From positions 96,001 through 160,000 of the forward strand of contig CAWANH010000028.1 in NCBI GenBank assembly GCA_963783375.1: DNA of 64,000 bases. The letters are read 5' to 3'. Positions 50,339 to 59,538 of this stretch are shown piece by piece. The DNA comes from Candidatus Eiseniibacteriota bacterium (GTDB taxonomy: Bacteria > Eisenbacteria > RBG-16-71-46 > JABDJR01). Under the pieces are notes generated by a model. It had not been told where the DNA came from. It saw only the letters and a program-made list of their open reading frames with translations, and did no database searches. The first letter of the stretch is position 1. Every line of letters begins with the position of its first letter. The position numbers were made by a program, and so were the translations under genes.

Positions 50339-50836
50339 CTAGGAAACGGTAAGGGTCGAGTTCTTCCCGCCATAGCCGTCGTCGGCGCTGTTGGGGTTCT
50401 GGGGATCCGGCTTCCAATCGCTGCCGTTGACCACGAACTTGTACTGGTAGGTCCCGGGGTCCAGGGGCTTCACGATCGTCCACACCCCGTTGTCGCCCTT
50501 CTTCAGGGGATCGCTCGAGGTGGACCAGTTGTTGAAGGTTCCGGCCAGGGCGACGCTGTTGGCGTCCGGACCCAGGTAGCTGAACCGCCACCCGTCCGGA
50601 GTCTGAACCGGGGCTCCGGCGGCGGCCGCCGGGGCGGCGGGGGTGGCGGGCGTGGTCGACGCGCTCTTTCCCCCCGCCGGGGCCTCGGCCCCCGGAGGGA
50701 CGTAGGGGCGGGTCCGGTCACAGCCCGTCACCGCGGCCAGAACCAGGACCGTGAGCCCGGCGAGAAGCCACACCCCGGTCCACCGGTTGCGGGTCGGGAC
50801 GGCGCTGCCGCCCCCGATGCGCGTGTTCCGCGTCAT
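50339..50836 (-). CDS. Lipoprotein with Pro/Ala linker and glycogen-binding CBM48 (AMPK-beta-like) domain
   Basis: SD AAGGAGG; VTGC; VALAGTFNNW, YQYKFVVNG, DPQNP...DDGYGGKNS. Confidence 0.88.
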   Translation of the reverse strand: MTRNTRIGGGSAVPTRNRWTGVWLLAGLTVLVLAAVTGCDRTRPYVPPGAEAPAGGKSASTTPATPAAPAAAAGAPVQTPDGWRFSYLGPDANSVALAGTFNNWSTSSDPLKKGDNGVWTIVKPLDPGTYQYKFVVNGSDWKPDPQNPNSADDGYGGKNSTLTVS

Positions 50837-50891
50837 GGGAACCTCCTTCCGACGCCGCCCGCCCCGGTCGACCGGGACCCGGCGGCGGGGA

Positions 50892-52928
50892 TCAATGCCC
50901 CTGGGGTTTCGGCGGCGGCGTGTAGCGCACGGCAGAGAAGGTCTGCCGCCGCTCGTCCAGGGTGAAGATGTAGAACCCGAGCTGGGTGATCTGGATCCGG
51001 ATGGCATTGCCGCTGCTCACCACCCGCACCGGATAGGTACCCGGGATACCCAGCACCTGGCTCTCATCCCCACCGTAGTCCGGCGGACTGTCGAAGGTGT
51101 TGTCGGTGATGAACTTGAAGTACTGCTCCTGGCCCGCGGTGATACCCGTCGAGAAATCCAGGGTATCCGTCCACACACAGGCCGGGGACTGGGTCATGTA
51201 CGGCGACGAGGCCAGGTCCCACCCCGTGAAGTCGCCGACCACCTGGACCTGGTTGTAGGGCGAAGTCCCCGCCGACAGGGTCACCGTCCCCACGTCCTTG
51301 GCCGCCCCGGTCACCGTCACGCTGGTGAGCTGCTCGGGAAGGAAGCAGTTGGCGCTGACCTTGAGATCGTAGGTTCCGTTGGCCACCGCCTGGAGTGTGA
51401 ATGTCCGGGTGGTGGGGTCGCTCTGGACGCTGGCCGTAGCGGTCTGGCCCCCCGAGGGGAAGAGCTCCACCTTGGCCTTCGGGTAAGGCGCGGCGGAGAG
51501 CCCGCTGAATCCGACCGCGCCGGAAATGGAACCGGTGGGCGCGCCTCCGAGCAGGGACGCGGTGAAGGTGAGGTTCGCCTCGTCGAGGACGAACACGTAC
51601 TGCCCGGTGTTGGCGACCGAGAGGTGGATCGCGGTGCCGATGCCGGAGACCAACTGGACGGGATGGCTCCCGAGGAGGGGCAGGGTCTGGCTCTCGTCCC
51701 CGCCGTAGTCCATGGGGTTGTCGAAGGCGCCGTCGGTCACCAGCTTCATGTTGTAGGGGCCGCCGGCGTTCACGGTCACCGTGTCCGTCCACACGCAGTT
51801 GGGCCCCTGGGTCATGAAGGGCGCCTGGCTCAGGGTGAACGACGTGAAGTCCGCGGCGACCTGGATGGTGTTGAACTGGCTCAGGCAGCCGGCCAGGAGG
51901 GTGATGGTCCCCAGGCCCGCTTCGGTCCCGTTATCGTACTGGATCCCCACCAGGGTCGTGTCCAGGTAGCCCGGAGCGGTGATCGCCAGGTCGTAGATCC
52001 CGGTATCGAGCCCGGTGAAGGCGAAGGCGCTGTCGGTGTCGGCCGTCTGGAGCACGATCGAGGTATTGGTGCGCCGCACCTCGACCGTGGCCTGGGGCCG
52101 GGGATCGGGGTGGTCGGCGAAAGCGATCTCCCCGAAAAGCTTCCCGGAGGCCACTTCCATGGTCAGGGTGCCGAGATCGGTGCTCCGGTTCGCGTCCACC
52201 ACCACCGAGGGCACCTGCTTGGGCAGGAAGCCGGGAGCCTGGATGTTGACCTCGTAGATCCCCACCGGCAGATCGCGGATGAAGAACTTACCGCTCTGGG
52301 GATCGGACTCGATGATCAACGACTCCTGGGTGATGCGATAGGTGGCCGGCACGGTGGCTTCGTTGATGATGAAGGTCCAGACTCCGGTCGTGGGGATGGT
52401 GACGGAGAGGTTTCCGTCCGGCCCGTTGGCCGGCGAGTCCAGGGTCCCTTCGAGCGGATCGGTTCCGGTGTTGGCGCTCCCTTTCCCGTAGTCGGGGGGA
52501 GTGTCGTAGGCCAGCGTGGTCGGGCTGTTCCCGGTCACGAACTTGACGTCGAGCTGTCCCTTGGGAATGGTGTCGCTGAACACCCAGTAGCACGGGGCGA
52601 GCTGAGCCATGAGGAAGCTGTCCGCACCGGCAAGATTGAAGTCGTTGAAGTTCCCCATCACCGCGATGGCCCCGAACTGGCTGACGCAGTCCGTGCTCTG
52701 AAGGGCCAGGACGCGAGCCCCGGGGAGCGGAGGTTGGTTCACCCCCTCGAAGGTGAGGGTCCCCACGATGTCCCCGCGTCCCCCCGGAGGGGTGAGGATC
52801 GTGGTTCGGGGGTTGTCGTCGCAGGCGGTGAGCCACGCGCCGGCCAGCCCCGCCGCGAGGAGCGCGACCAGGAACGCCGCATTCCGACCGGCCGACCCGA
52901 TGCTTCTCCGTCTTCCTTCCAGATTCAT
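50892..52928 (-). CDS. Surface lipoprotein alternating three SusE/SusF-like starch-binding modules with carboxypeptidase-regulatory-like beta-sandwiches
   Basis: LTAC lipobox; 3x (V.G.F..F/W.L....M.Q...C.W...KF.T...D.P.DYG); spacers LPVGIYEVNIQAPGF, LDTGIYDLAITAPGY, VANGTYDLKVSA. Confidence 0.72.
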   Translation of the reverse strand: MNLEGRRRSIGSAGRNAAFLVALLAAGLAGAWLTACDDNPRTTILTPPGGRGDIVGTLTFEGVNQPPLPGARVLALQSTDCVSQFGAIAVMGNFNDFNLAGADSFLMAQLAPCYWVFSDTIPKGQLDVKFVTGNSPTTLAYDTPPDYGKGSANTGTDPLEGTLDSPANGPDGNLSVTIPTTGVWTFIINEATVPATYRITQESLIIESDPQSGKFFIRDLPVGIYEVNIQAPGFLPKQVPSVVVDANRSTDLGTLTMEVASGKLFGEIAFADHPDPRPQATVEVRRTNTSIVLQTADTDSAFAFTGLDTGIYDLAITAPGYLDTTLVGIQYDNGTEAGLGTITLLAGCLSQFNTIQVAADFTSFTLSQAPFMTQGPNCVWTDTVTVNAGGPYNMKLVTDGAFDNPMDYGGDESQTLPLLGSHPVQLVSGIGTAIHLSVANTGQYVFVLDEANLTFTASLLGGAPTGSISGAVGFSGLSAAPYPKAKVELFPSGGQTATASVQSDPTTRTFTLQAVANGTYDLKVSANCFLPEQLTSVTVTGAAKDVGTVTLSAGTSPYNQVQVVGDFTGWDLASSPYMTQSPACVWTDTLDFSTGITAGQEQYFKFITDNTFDSPPDYGGDESQVLGIPGTYPVRVVSSGNAIRIQITQLGFYIFTLDERRQTFSAVRYTPPPKPQGH

Positions 52929-52965
52929 GCCGAATCCCTTTCCCGACGTCCGGGAGGCCGGAACC

Positions 52966-53367
52966 TCAGTCCACGATCAGGAGCGAGTTGAAACCGCCGT
53001 ACCCGTCGTCCACCCGCTGGGGGTTGTTGGGATCTTCCTTCCAGTTCTGCTCGTCGATGACGAATTTGTACTGGTACCGCCCGGGGGGCAGCTTCTCACA
53101 TCGCTCCCAGATGCCGTCTCCGTCCGGATCCTCCATGCGGCCGACCAGGTAGCTCCCGGTCTGGGCCTGTCCCTTGAGCCAGTCGTTCTCTGGCCAGTTC
53201 CCCGCAAGCTGGACCACCCGGGCCGACGGCGCCTCGAACCGGAAGAGTACGCACCCGCTCGCCTGCCGGGTGGGCGGTGGAAGCCGACGCTTGATGAAGT
53301 TGAGGCCGCAGCCGCTCAGCCCCACCCCTACCGTCACCATCAACAGGACGAGGATCGACTTGCGCAT
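52966..53367 (-). CDS. Small CBM48 glycogen-binding lipoprotein
   Basis: LSGC lipobox; VQLAGNW, PPGRYQYKFVID, DPNNP...DDGYGGFNS. Confidence 0.88.
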   Translation of the reverse strand: MRKSILVLLMVTVGVGLSGCGLNFIKRRLPPPTRQASGCVLFRFEAPSARVVQLAGNWPENDWLKGQAQTGSYLVGRMEDPDGDGIWERCEKLPPGRYQYKFVIDEQNWKEDPNNPQRVDDGYGGFNSLLIVD

Positions 53368-53384
53368 TGACCGGAGCCTTTCCG

Positions 53385-55586
53385 TCAAAACCGAAGGATG
53401 GCCTCGAGCTGGACCACCCGCTCGTCTTCCAGCGCCTGCTCGGCGGCGCGAATGGTGTCCGTCATGTTCAGGAACTGGCTCTTGGCCGCGTCGCCGTTGG
53501 CGCCCCGGCCGAACAGGAACACGTCTCTCCCGATGTGGGAGTACTCGTTGGTGACCCCGTCGATCACCCACGGATCCACCCCCCAGGAGAGCCCCACCTG
53601 GAGGTCGGGAGTGAAATGGTACTTCAGCTCCACGAAGTGGGAGGTGAAGGTGTCGTGAAGGTTCAGGACCGGATCATCGTACCGGGCCAGGCGGGTGTCG
53701 GTGTTGAGACCCAGCCGCCGGGTGAGATCCAGGTGGAAGGTGAGGTGGTTCCCGAAGTACTTGGGCTTCCGGCCGAGGGAGGTGGAGTTGAGGGTCCCCC
53801 GATAGCCCAGCTTGGCGTTCCGCGGCCGGTAGAAGGTCCACGATCCGTAGGGCTTCCACGAGACCACGTTGTTGCCCCCGAGCATGATCAGCCGGTCCAC
53901 CGTGACCAGGTGCTCCCCCGATTCCAGCCAGAAGTTCTGGTCGTCGAACCAGAACTGATCGGTCCACCGCGTCCTGTCCCCGTAGGTGAAGTCGTAGTAG
54001 GTGAGGTCGAGGCCCAGCTCCCACGGCCAGTCCTTCCACTCTCCCCCGTCGAAGCGGAGGCCGCCGTCCCACACCTGCATCCGGTTGTACCGGGACACCG
54101 GTTCTCCGGAACGGTCCACCAGGTCCTCGTCCTGGAATTCGAAGGATCCGGTCCAATGCCAGCCGCGGTAGGCGTAGTACTCGCCGCCCAGCTTGAACCG
54201 CCGGCTGGTGTCGAGCCGCTCGGTGGTCCGGTCCGCCGACCCCACCGTCTCGACCGAACGATCGAAGGTGGCCTCGGACGGGTTCAGGTTGTGGTAGGTG
54301 TAGAGGTTTCGATCCCCCTGGCCGGTGGCGATCCAGTTCTCCCCGACCAGGAACTCCCCGTAGAGATCGATTCCCGCCGGGTCATTGGCGTACTGGAGGT
54401 CAAGCCCTCCCGCCTGCCAGCTCTCGATGCTGCGGGCGTAGACATCCGCGGTGAGGGTGGTGTCCCCCGTCGAGGCCAGCGTCCGGTTCCGCACCTTCAC
54501 GTACGCCCCCGGGTTTTCTCCCCGGTCCAGGCGGTAGGAGATCCCGCCGGTGAGCCCGCCGACTCCCGGCACCGGACCCTTGAGCCGCATGCCGAGCACG
54601 TTCTTGGCGTTGTCGCTCCGGTTGATCGCGTAGGCGCTGGATCCCACCAGGGTGGTGTCCGGGTTCCGGGCCAGGGTCCGGGAGACCTCGTCGACCAGGG
54701 GGTCGGAGGAAGGCGAATCGACGCCCCCGGTATTGAAGTTGTCGGAGTAGAGGAGCTTTCCCTCATAGTTCCCGAACTGTCTCCAGGCCATCACTCCCTG
54801 TTGCTCGTATCCCCACGAGTAGTGGTAGATGCCGTAGTCGCCCACAAGATGCAGGGGGTCGTCGAAGGTCCCCACCGAGTCGTTATCGAACGCGATGAGG
54901 TTGATGTCGTCGTTCTGGAGCAGCAGATTCCCGCGGTCGAAGTTGAGGCTGGTCTGCCAGAGCTGGACGTTCTCGTGCTGGTTGTTGATGTTGGTGAGGA
55001 CGTGGGCGGTGAGGTCCTCGTTCACCCGGATGTCCCAGCTGAGATCGATGTCGAAGTTCGGACGGTCGAGGCTCCATTCCGGGTTGGCGCCCCGGGTCCG
55101 CTGGTTCTGCATCAGCACCACGTAGCGCGAGCCGAGATAGATCTTGGGGGAGAGCTCCGTATTGGAGGTGGCCTGCATCCGGACCACCTTGCCGTCGGAG
55201 CCCACCTTCACCACCGAGTTCCCGTAGTCTCCCGCGGTCACCGGGTTCCCGGGATCGGCGATCCACTGGTCGTCCACCACGAACTTGTACTGGTGTTCGC
55301 CGGGTCCGAGCGGCACCGTCGCCGTCCACTCGCCGTTCGCGTCCTTCTTCATGGGGTTGGCCGTGGCGTTCCAGCCGTTGAAGTCCCCCGCCACCGTTAC
55401 CGAACCGGCGTAGGGGGCCTTGTAGCTGAAGAGAACGCCCCCCCCGGGGGCGGAGGCCACGTCCGCCTCGGCCCGGACGCCCGCGACGGCGGAGACCAGG
55501 ATCAGGATCGCCGCGAGCCGCGGGAGGACCGGCCGGTTCCCCCGGAAACGAAGCCTCGGGACGAAATGCTTGAGGTTCGGTGCCAT
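53385..55586 (-). CDS. CBM48 domain fused to a probable outer-membrane beta-barrel
   Basis: Signal peptide; VAGDFNGWN, HQYKFVVD, DPGNP; amphipathic strands; C-terminal VQLEAILRF. Confidence 0.78.
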   Translation of the reverse strand: MAPNLKHFVPRLRFRGNRPVLPRLAAILILVSAVAGVRAEADVASAPGGGVLFSYKAPYAGSVTVAGDFNGWNATANPMKKDANGEWTATVPLGPGEHQYKFVVDDQWIADPGNPVTAGDYGNSVVKVGSDGKVVRMQATSNTELSPKIYLGSRYVVLMQNQRTRGANPEWSLDRPNFDIDLSWDIRVNEDLTAHVLTNINNQHENVQLWQTSLNFDRGNLLLQNDDINLIAFDNDSVGTFDDPLHLVGDYGIYHYSWGYEQQGVMAWRQFGNYEGKLLYSDNFNTGGVDSPSSDPLVDEVSRTLARNPDTTLVGSSAYAINRSDNAKNVLGMRLKGPVPGVGGLTGGISYRLDRGENPGAYVKVRNRTLASTGDTTLTADVYARSIESWQAGGLDLQYANDPAGIDLYGEFLVGENWIATGQGDRNLYTYHNLNPSEATFDRSVETVGSADRTTERLDTSRRFKLGGEYYAYRGWHWTGSFEFQDEDLVDRSGEPVSRYNRMQVWDGGLRFDGGEWKDWPWELGLDLTYYDFTYGDRTRWTDQFWFDDQNFWLESGEHLVTVDRLIMLGGNNVVSWKPYGSWTFYRPRNAKLGYRGTLNSTSLGRKPKYFGNHLTFHLDLTRRLGLNTDTRLARYDDPVLNLHDTFTSHFVELKYHFTPDLQVGLSWGVDPWVIDGVTNEYSHIGRDVFLFGRGANGDAAKSQFLNMTDTIRAAEQALEDERVVQLEAILRF

Positions 55587-57136
55587 CAGAAGGTCCCCTT
55601 CACGGTGAGCCGGACCAGGTCCTTGTTGTCCGCGCTTCCCTCCAGATTCCCCTCGAAGACCGGGTTGCTCCCCGCGCCGATCCAGAACGGGCCGTAGGCC
55701 AGGAAGAGCTCCAGGTTGTGCCGGGGGCGGTACTGGAGCTCGCTGAAGAGCCCCTTTCGCACCCGGGCGGGGTCGTTGCCGAAGGTGAAGCGGTTGTAGA
55801 CCTTCAACGTACTGGAAATGTTGACCGAGGTCTCGAAGGAGCCCAGCTCCTTCTGGAAGAGCGTGCTCAGATCCCGAATCCGGAACTGAAGGCGGAGCCA
55901 GGCCAGCCGGTTTTCCACCGTCATCTCCCCGAACACGTCGTCGTTGTCGGTCACCTGCTCGAGGGTCTCGTTGGCGTCGATGAGCCAGTCCCGGGTGGTG
56001 CGCTTCCGGTAGAAGAACTTGCCGGTGAACCCGTTCACGAACTCCACGTAGGCCTCGGAGTAGAACTCGGTGACGTGGCGGTTCTGGTTGACGCGCTTGG
56101 TGTAGGAGAGAAAGTTGTTGGTGAGGGTGATCGCGCGCCCCGGCACCAGGTACCAGGTGTTCAGGTAGTAGCCGGATTCGTCGTTGTTGCCGTCCCCGAG
56201 CTGGTTCCGGTACTGCGGGCCCAGGTACCAGAAGCTGGGGGCGAGGTTCAGGTACCCGGTCCGGTAGTTCCCCACCCGGATCGAGCGGATCTCCCCCCGG
56301 ATCGCCGCGTCGGCGGGGAGGCCGGTGGAGGGGTTGTTGAGACGGAGCTTGGAGAGCCGGAGGTCGTAGCCGGGGTACGGAATGCCGGCGGTGATCTGGC
56401 GCCCTTCCGCGTACTCCAGCGAGATGTCCACCCCGCCCAGGGTGTAGCGCAAATCGGTGCCCAGGACCTCGGTGTCGACCTTCTCCGCCCCGGCCCGGCG
56501 GGTGTTCTTCCGGTTCCAGGTGAGCCCGGTGCGGAGCTTCCCCCCCATGAACTCGCGGCGGAGCCGTCCCACGTAGGCGTCGTCGGTCGGGACCGGGTTA
56601 TCGGGCTGGGATCCGGTGGAGGGATTGCTCTGGGACGAGAAGTCCGAGGCGATCAGGGTGAGGTTGGTGGGCCCGGCGAACCAGGTGTCCACCCGGGCCC
56701 CCTGGGCGTTCCCGCCGTCGTTGGCCGGCCCCCCCTGAACGATCTGGATGAGGTGGTTGTCCACCCAGAAGCGGTCCTGCCGGCTGAAGAGATAGGCGTC
56801 GTACCCCTTCCCCTCCAGATCCTTCCGGAAGTGGAGATGGCCCTCGCGAAACTGGAGGACGGGACGCGGGGTGTTGTTGCTTCCGGTGTTCCACTCCGCC
56901 TCGAACTTGGTGAAGGCCTCGACCCCCGAGAAGGGCTGGCTGAAGAGGCGGAACGAGGTCAGGTTGACCGTATCGTCGTTGTTGCTGTCGAAGTCCCACT
57001 CGTAGCGGCGGTCCTGCTTGCGGACGTCGACCAGGAAGGTGTACTCCCCCTCCAGCCGGGTGAAGGCGGAGGCGGGGACCGCGGCTCCCAGGAGGGCGGC
57101 CGCGAGGAGGACGCGGAACAGCGCGGGACGGTTCAC
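55586..57136 (-). CDS. Probable outer-membrane beta-barrel, paralogous to the next gene
   Basis: Signal ASA; alternating aromatic strands; C-terminal VRLTVKGTF. Confidence 0.75.
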   Translation of the reverse strand: MNRPALFRVLLAAALLGAAVPASAFTRLEGEYTFLVDVRKQDRRYEWDFDSNNDDTVNLTSFRLFSQPFSGVEAFTKFEAEWNTGSNNTPRPVLQFREGHLHFRKDLEGKGYDAYLFSRQDRFWVDNHLIQIVQGGPANDGGNAQGARVDTWFAGPTNLTLIASDFSSQSNPSTGSQPDNPVPTDDAYVGRLRREFMGGKLRTGLTWNRKNTRRAGAEKVDTEVLGTDLRYTLGGVDISLEYAEGRQITAGIPYPGYDLRLSKLRLNNPSTGLPADAAIRGEIRSIRVGNYRTGYLNLAPSFWYLGPQYRNQLGDGNNDESGYYLNTWYLVPGRAITLTNNFLSYTKRVNQNRHVTEFYSEAYVEFVNGFTGKFFYRKRTTRDWLIDANETLEQVTDNDDVFGEMTVENRLAWLRLQFRIRDLSTLFQKELGSFETSVNISSTLKVYNRFTFGNDPARVRKGLFSELQYRPRHNLELFLAYGPFWIGAGSNPVFEGNLEGSADNKDLVRLTVKGTF

Positions 57137-58053
57137 GGCTTCCTCCCCTTCTCGGGCAGGGTGAACCGGAGGGAGGCGCGATAGGTGTTCCCCAGCGCCT
57201 TGTGGGTGAGGAAGGCGGTGTCCACCTCCCAGCTCTTCCCCTTGATCCCGATTCCCCCCGAGAACTCGGTGTCGAAGACTCCAGCCCGGACCGCGAAGAC
57301 GTCGTAGAACCAGATCTCACCCGCGTAGTTGTAGGCGACGTGATCGCCGAGGTCGGAGCGGCTGAACATGATCTGGGACTCCGGGCGCCACCGGTAGGCG
57401 GCGGAAAGCTCCAGACCGGAGGGCATGGGCGTACCCGGTCCTTCTCCCACGAAATCGAACGCCGGACTCCCGAGGTGGCGGAGGACGGCGGCGAGGCGGA
57501 CCCGGGACCGTTCCTGCCAGAGAACCCCCAGGTCGCCGGTGAGCTTGGTCCGGGAGCCGAAGTCCCGGCCGGGCTCCCCGGTTATCCGGTTGTAGTTGGC
57601 CTGGGGATCGTAGGAGACGATGGCCGTCTCGATCGTTCCTCCCACCTGGACCGACCGCCGGTCGTCCCGGTAGACCCATCGCCCGTAGGAGAGGCCGATG
57701 AGGTCTTCGGAGACCACCCCCTCGAGGCTCATCCGGTGCCAGGTCAGCGCGGCCGCTCCCTCGGTGAAGTGGAGCGGCAGGCCGCCCACCACGGAACTCC
57801 CGGCGAGCCCGCCCACCATGTAGGGCCGCGAATAGGTGAAAAGCACCTGGGGACGTTCCAGGAAAGATAGACCGGCCGGGTTCCAGTAGGCGGCGGAGAC
57901 GTCCTCCGCCGCGGCCTGGTAGGCCCCGGCCAGGGCCAGCCCCCGGGCCCCGATCTCGATCCGCTCGAAATAGGCGGCGGCCGGGGACGCGACGACGAGA
58001 ACCGCCGCCGCGGCCGCGACGATCGAGGCCACGACGGCCCCCCCGCGCCTCAT
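57133..58053 (-). CDS. PorV/PorQ-like (FadL-related) outer-membrane barrel
   Basis: GARGLALAGAYQAAAEDVSAAYWNPAGL; AVRAG; LGNTYRASLRF. Confidence 0.8.
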   Translation of the reverse strand: MRRGGAVVASIVAAAAAVLVVASPAAAYFERIEIGARGLALAGAYQAAAEDVSAAYWNPAGLSFLERPQVLFTYSRPYMVGGLAGSSVVGGLPLHFTEGAAALTWHRMSLEGVVSEDLIGLSYGRWVYRDDRRSVQVGGTIETAIVSYDPQANYNRITGEPGRDFGSRTKLTGDLGVLWQERSRVRLAAVLRHLGSPAFDFVGEGPGTPMPSGLELSAAYRWRPESQIMFSRSDLGDHVAYNYAGEIWFYDVFAVRAGVFDTEFSGGIGIKGKSWEVDTAFLTHKALGNTYRASLRFTLPEKGRKP

Positions 58054-59408
58054 CGCACCACCGCCACGGCCTGGCGGACCTCGTCCTGCCCGGGCTCGAG
58101 CACCACCCGGAGCACGTAGATCCCCCCGCTCAAGACGTTGCCCCGGTCGTCCCGGCCGTCGATCATGTTCTGGAGCGGAGGCGTCTCCCCCTCCAGCTCC
58201 GCGATCTTGAACTGGCGATTGCGGTAGATGGTCCGCACCCGCTCGCCGGTGAGGCTGTACAGCTCCGCGGTGACGGTGAGGTTCCGGGCCAGGGCGAGAC
58301 GTGGGTCGGTGATGTCGGGCTTGAGGCGAAAGCTGAAGCCGGCCTTGTCGCCCAGCCGGGGGGCGATGGCCCGGGGGGTGACCTGGAGATCGGTGAGCTG
58401 GAGGGCCTGCCCCAGGACCGGAGGGGGAACGAAGAAGACGGCGTCGGCGATCTTCCGGTATTCCTCCAGGGTCATGTCCGGGGTGGTGGGATACCGCACC
58501 GGGACCCCGAAGTCGGGTACGCCGTCGGGGATCGGCTGGCCGAGGGCGTTCACGCTGTCCACCACCACCCGGGCGAAGTTGTCCAGCACCACCGGGACCG
58601 CGGAGTCCACCTGCATCCCGCTGAGATTGTCGGGGGCGGCGTCCGGGCCGCCGAGACCGTCGGACCCGGTGGTGATCCAGGCCACCAGCTTGAAGTCGTG
58701 CACCCCTTCGGGGAGATGGTAGACGGTGTCGCCGTAGGCGGGATCGAACTCCCGCGTTCCCTGTCCCAGCATGAAGACGTTCCAGGGGATGGCCGCTTCC
58801 ATGGCCCGCCCCGGAAGGTCCCGGCTGAAGGTGGCCACGGTGGGAAAGCTCCCCTCGGGGACCTGGGCGTCCTGGTTGGGTCCGGTGTACTGCCAGATCT
58901 GGGGGGTGGTGTTGTTGTCCCAGCTGGCCAGGAAGAGATCGGGCGCGAGAACGATCCCCCTCGCCGTATCCAGGGTCTCCGGGAAGGAGACCGCCCGCTT
59001 CCAACCTCCCACGATGGAGGAGAAGTTCGTCCACCCGGCGCTCTGCCCGTCGGGGGACGGCAGGGTGTCGAAGAAGATCATGGTGTTATTGTCGAAGATG
59101 TAGCCGTCGACGGCGACGTAGACGTACTTCGCGTCCCAGGTCACCCGGACGTTGTTCACGTCGTTGAACTTCCCCCACTTGGAGTCGATGGTGCTCTCCT
59201 CCAGGCCGCCGCCGGGAAGGGGCTGGAAGATCGTCTCGTCGTCGGTGTAGTCGGAGGTGAACCCATCGATCACGATCCGGCCGGAGAGATCCAAGGCGGT
59301 CTCGGCCCGGGCGGCGGGAGTCCAAAGGGGAACGAGGGAACCGGCGGCCAGGAGCAGCAGGCCGGTGCCCCAGACCAGGAATCGAGGCGTCGCGGGGTAG
59401 AGCTTCAA
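58050..59408 (-). CDS. Secreted DOMON/CBM9-like domain protein with FlgD-like CTD
   Basis: IVIDGFTSDY, VTWDAKYVYVAV, MEAAIPW; LYSLTGERVRTI...DGRDDRGNVLSGGIYVL; TTG start uncertain. Confidence 0.7.
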   Translation of the reverse strand: MKLYPATPRFLVWGTGLLLLAAGSLVPLWTPAARAETALDLSGRIVIDGFTSDYTDDETIFQPLPGGGLEESTIDSKWGKFNDVNNVRVTWDAKYVYVAVDGYIFDNNTMIFFDTLPSPDGQSAGWTNFSSIVGGWKRAVSFPETLDTARGIVLAPDLFLASWDNNTTPQIWQYTGPNQDAQVPEGSFPTVATFSRDLPGRAMEAAIPWNVFMLGQGTREFDPAYGDTVYHLPEGVHDFKLVAWITTGSDGLGGPDAAPDNLSGMQVDSAVPVVLDNFARVVVDSVNALGQPIPDGVPDFGVPVRYPTTPDMTLEEYRKIADAVFFVPPPVLGQALQLTDLQVTPRAIAPRLGDKAGFSFRLKPDITDPRLALARNLTVTAELYSLTGERVRTIYRNRQFKIAELEGETPPLQNMIDGRDDRGNVLSGGIYVLRVVLEPGQDEVRQAVAVVR

Positions 59409-59470
59409 AGTCGTGCCCAGTCCTTCGGGTTACCGTCGAATCACCGGAAGCGGGGGCTTCAAACGGGCTG

Positions 59471-59486
59471 GTTGGACCGCTCCAAA
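59471..59486. promoter_or_regulatory. LacI-type operator 3
   Basis: GTTGGACCGCTCCAA (1 mismatch in the core), abutting the -10 box. Confidence 0.78.
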
Positions 59487-59514
59487 AACTAGTGGAGACC
59501 CCCTTCCCTGTCAA
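59486..59514 (-). promoter_or_regulatory. Sigma70 promoter of the main sugar operon
   Basis: TTGACA-N17-TAGTTT. Confidence 0.72.
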
Positions 59515-59538
59515 CCCACTTCGTTGGGGGACCGAGGC

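Noticed and set aside
51040-51730. Repeated DNA encoding DYGGDESQ, read as CRISPR-like repeats
   Set aside because: In-frame domain duplications within a CDS, not regularly spaced repeats
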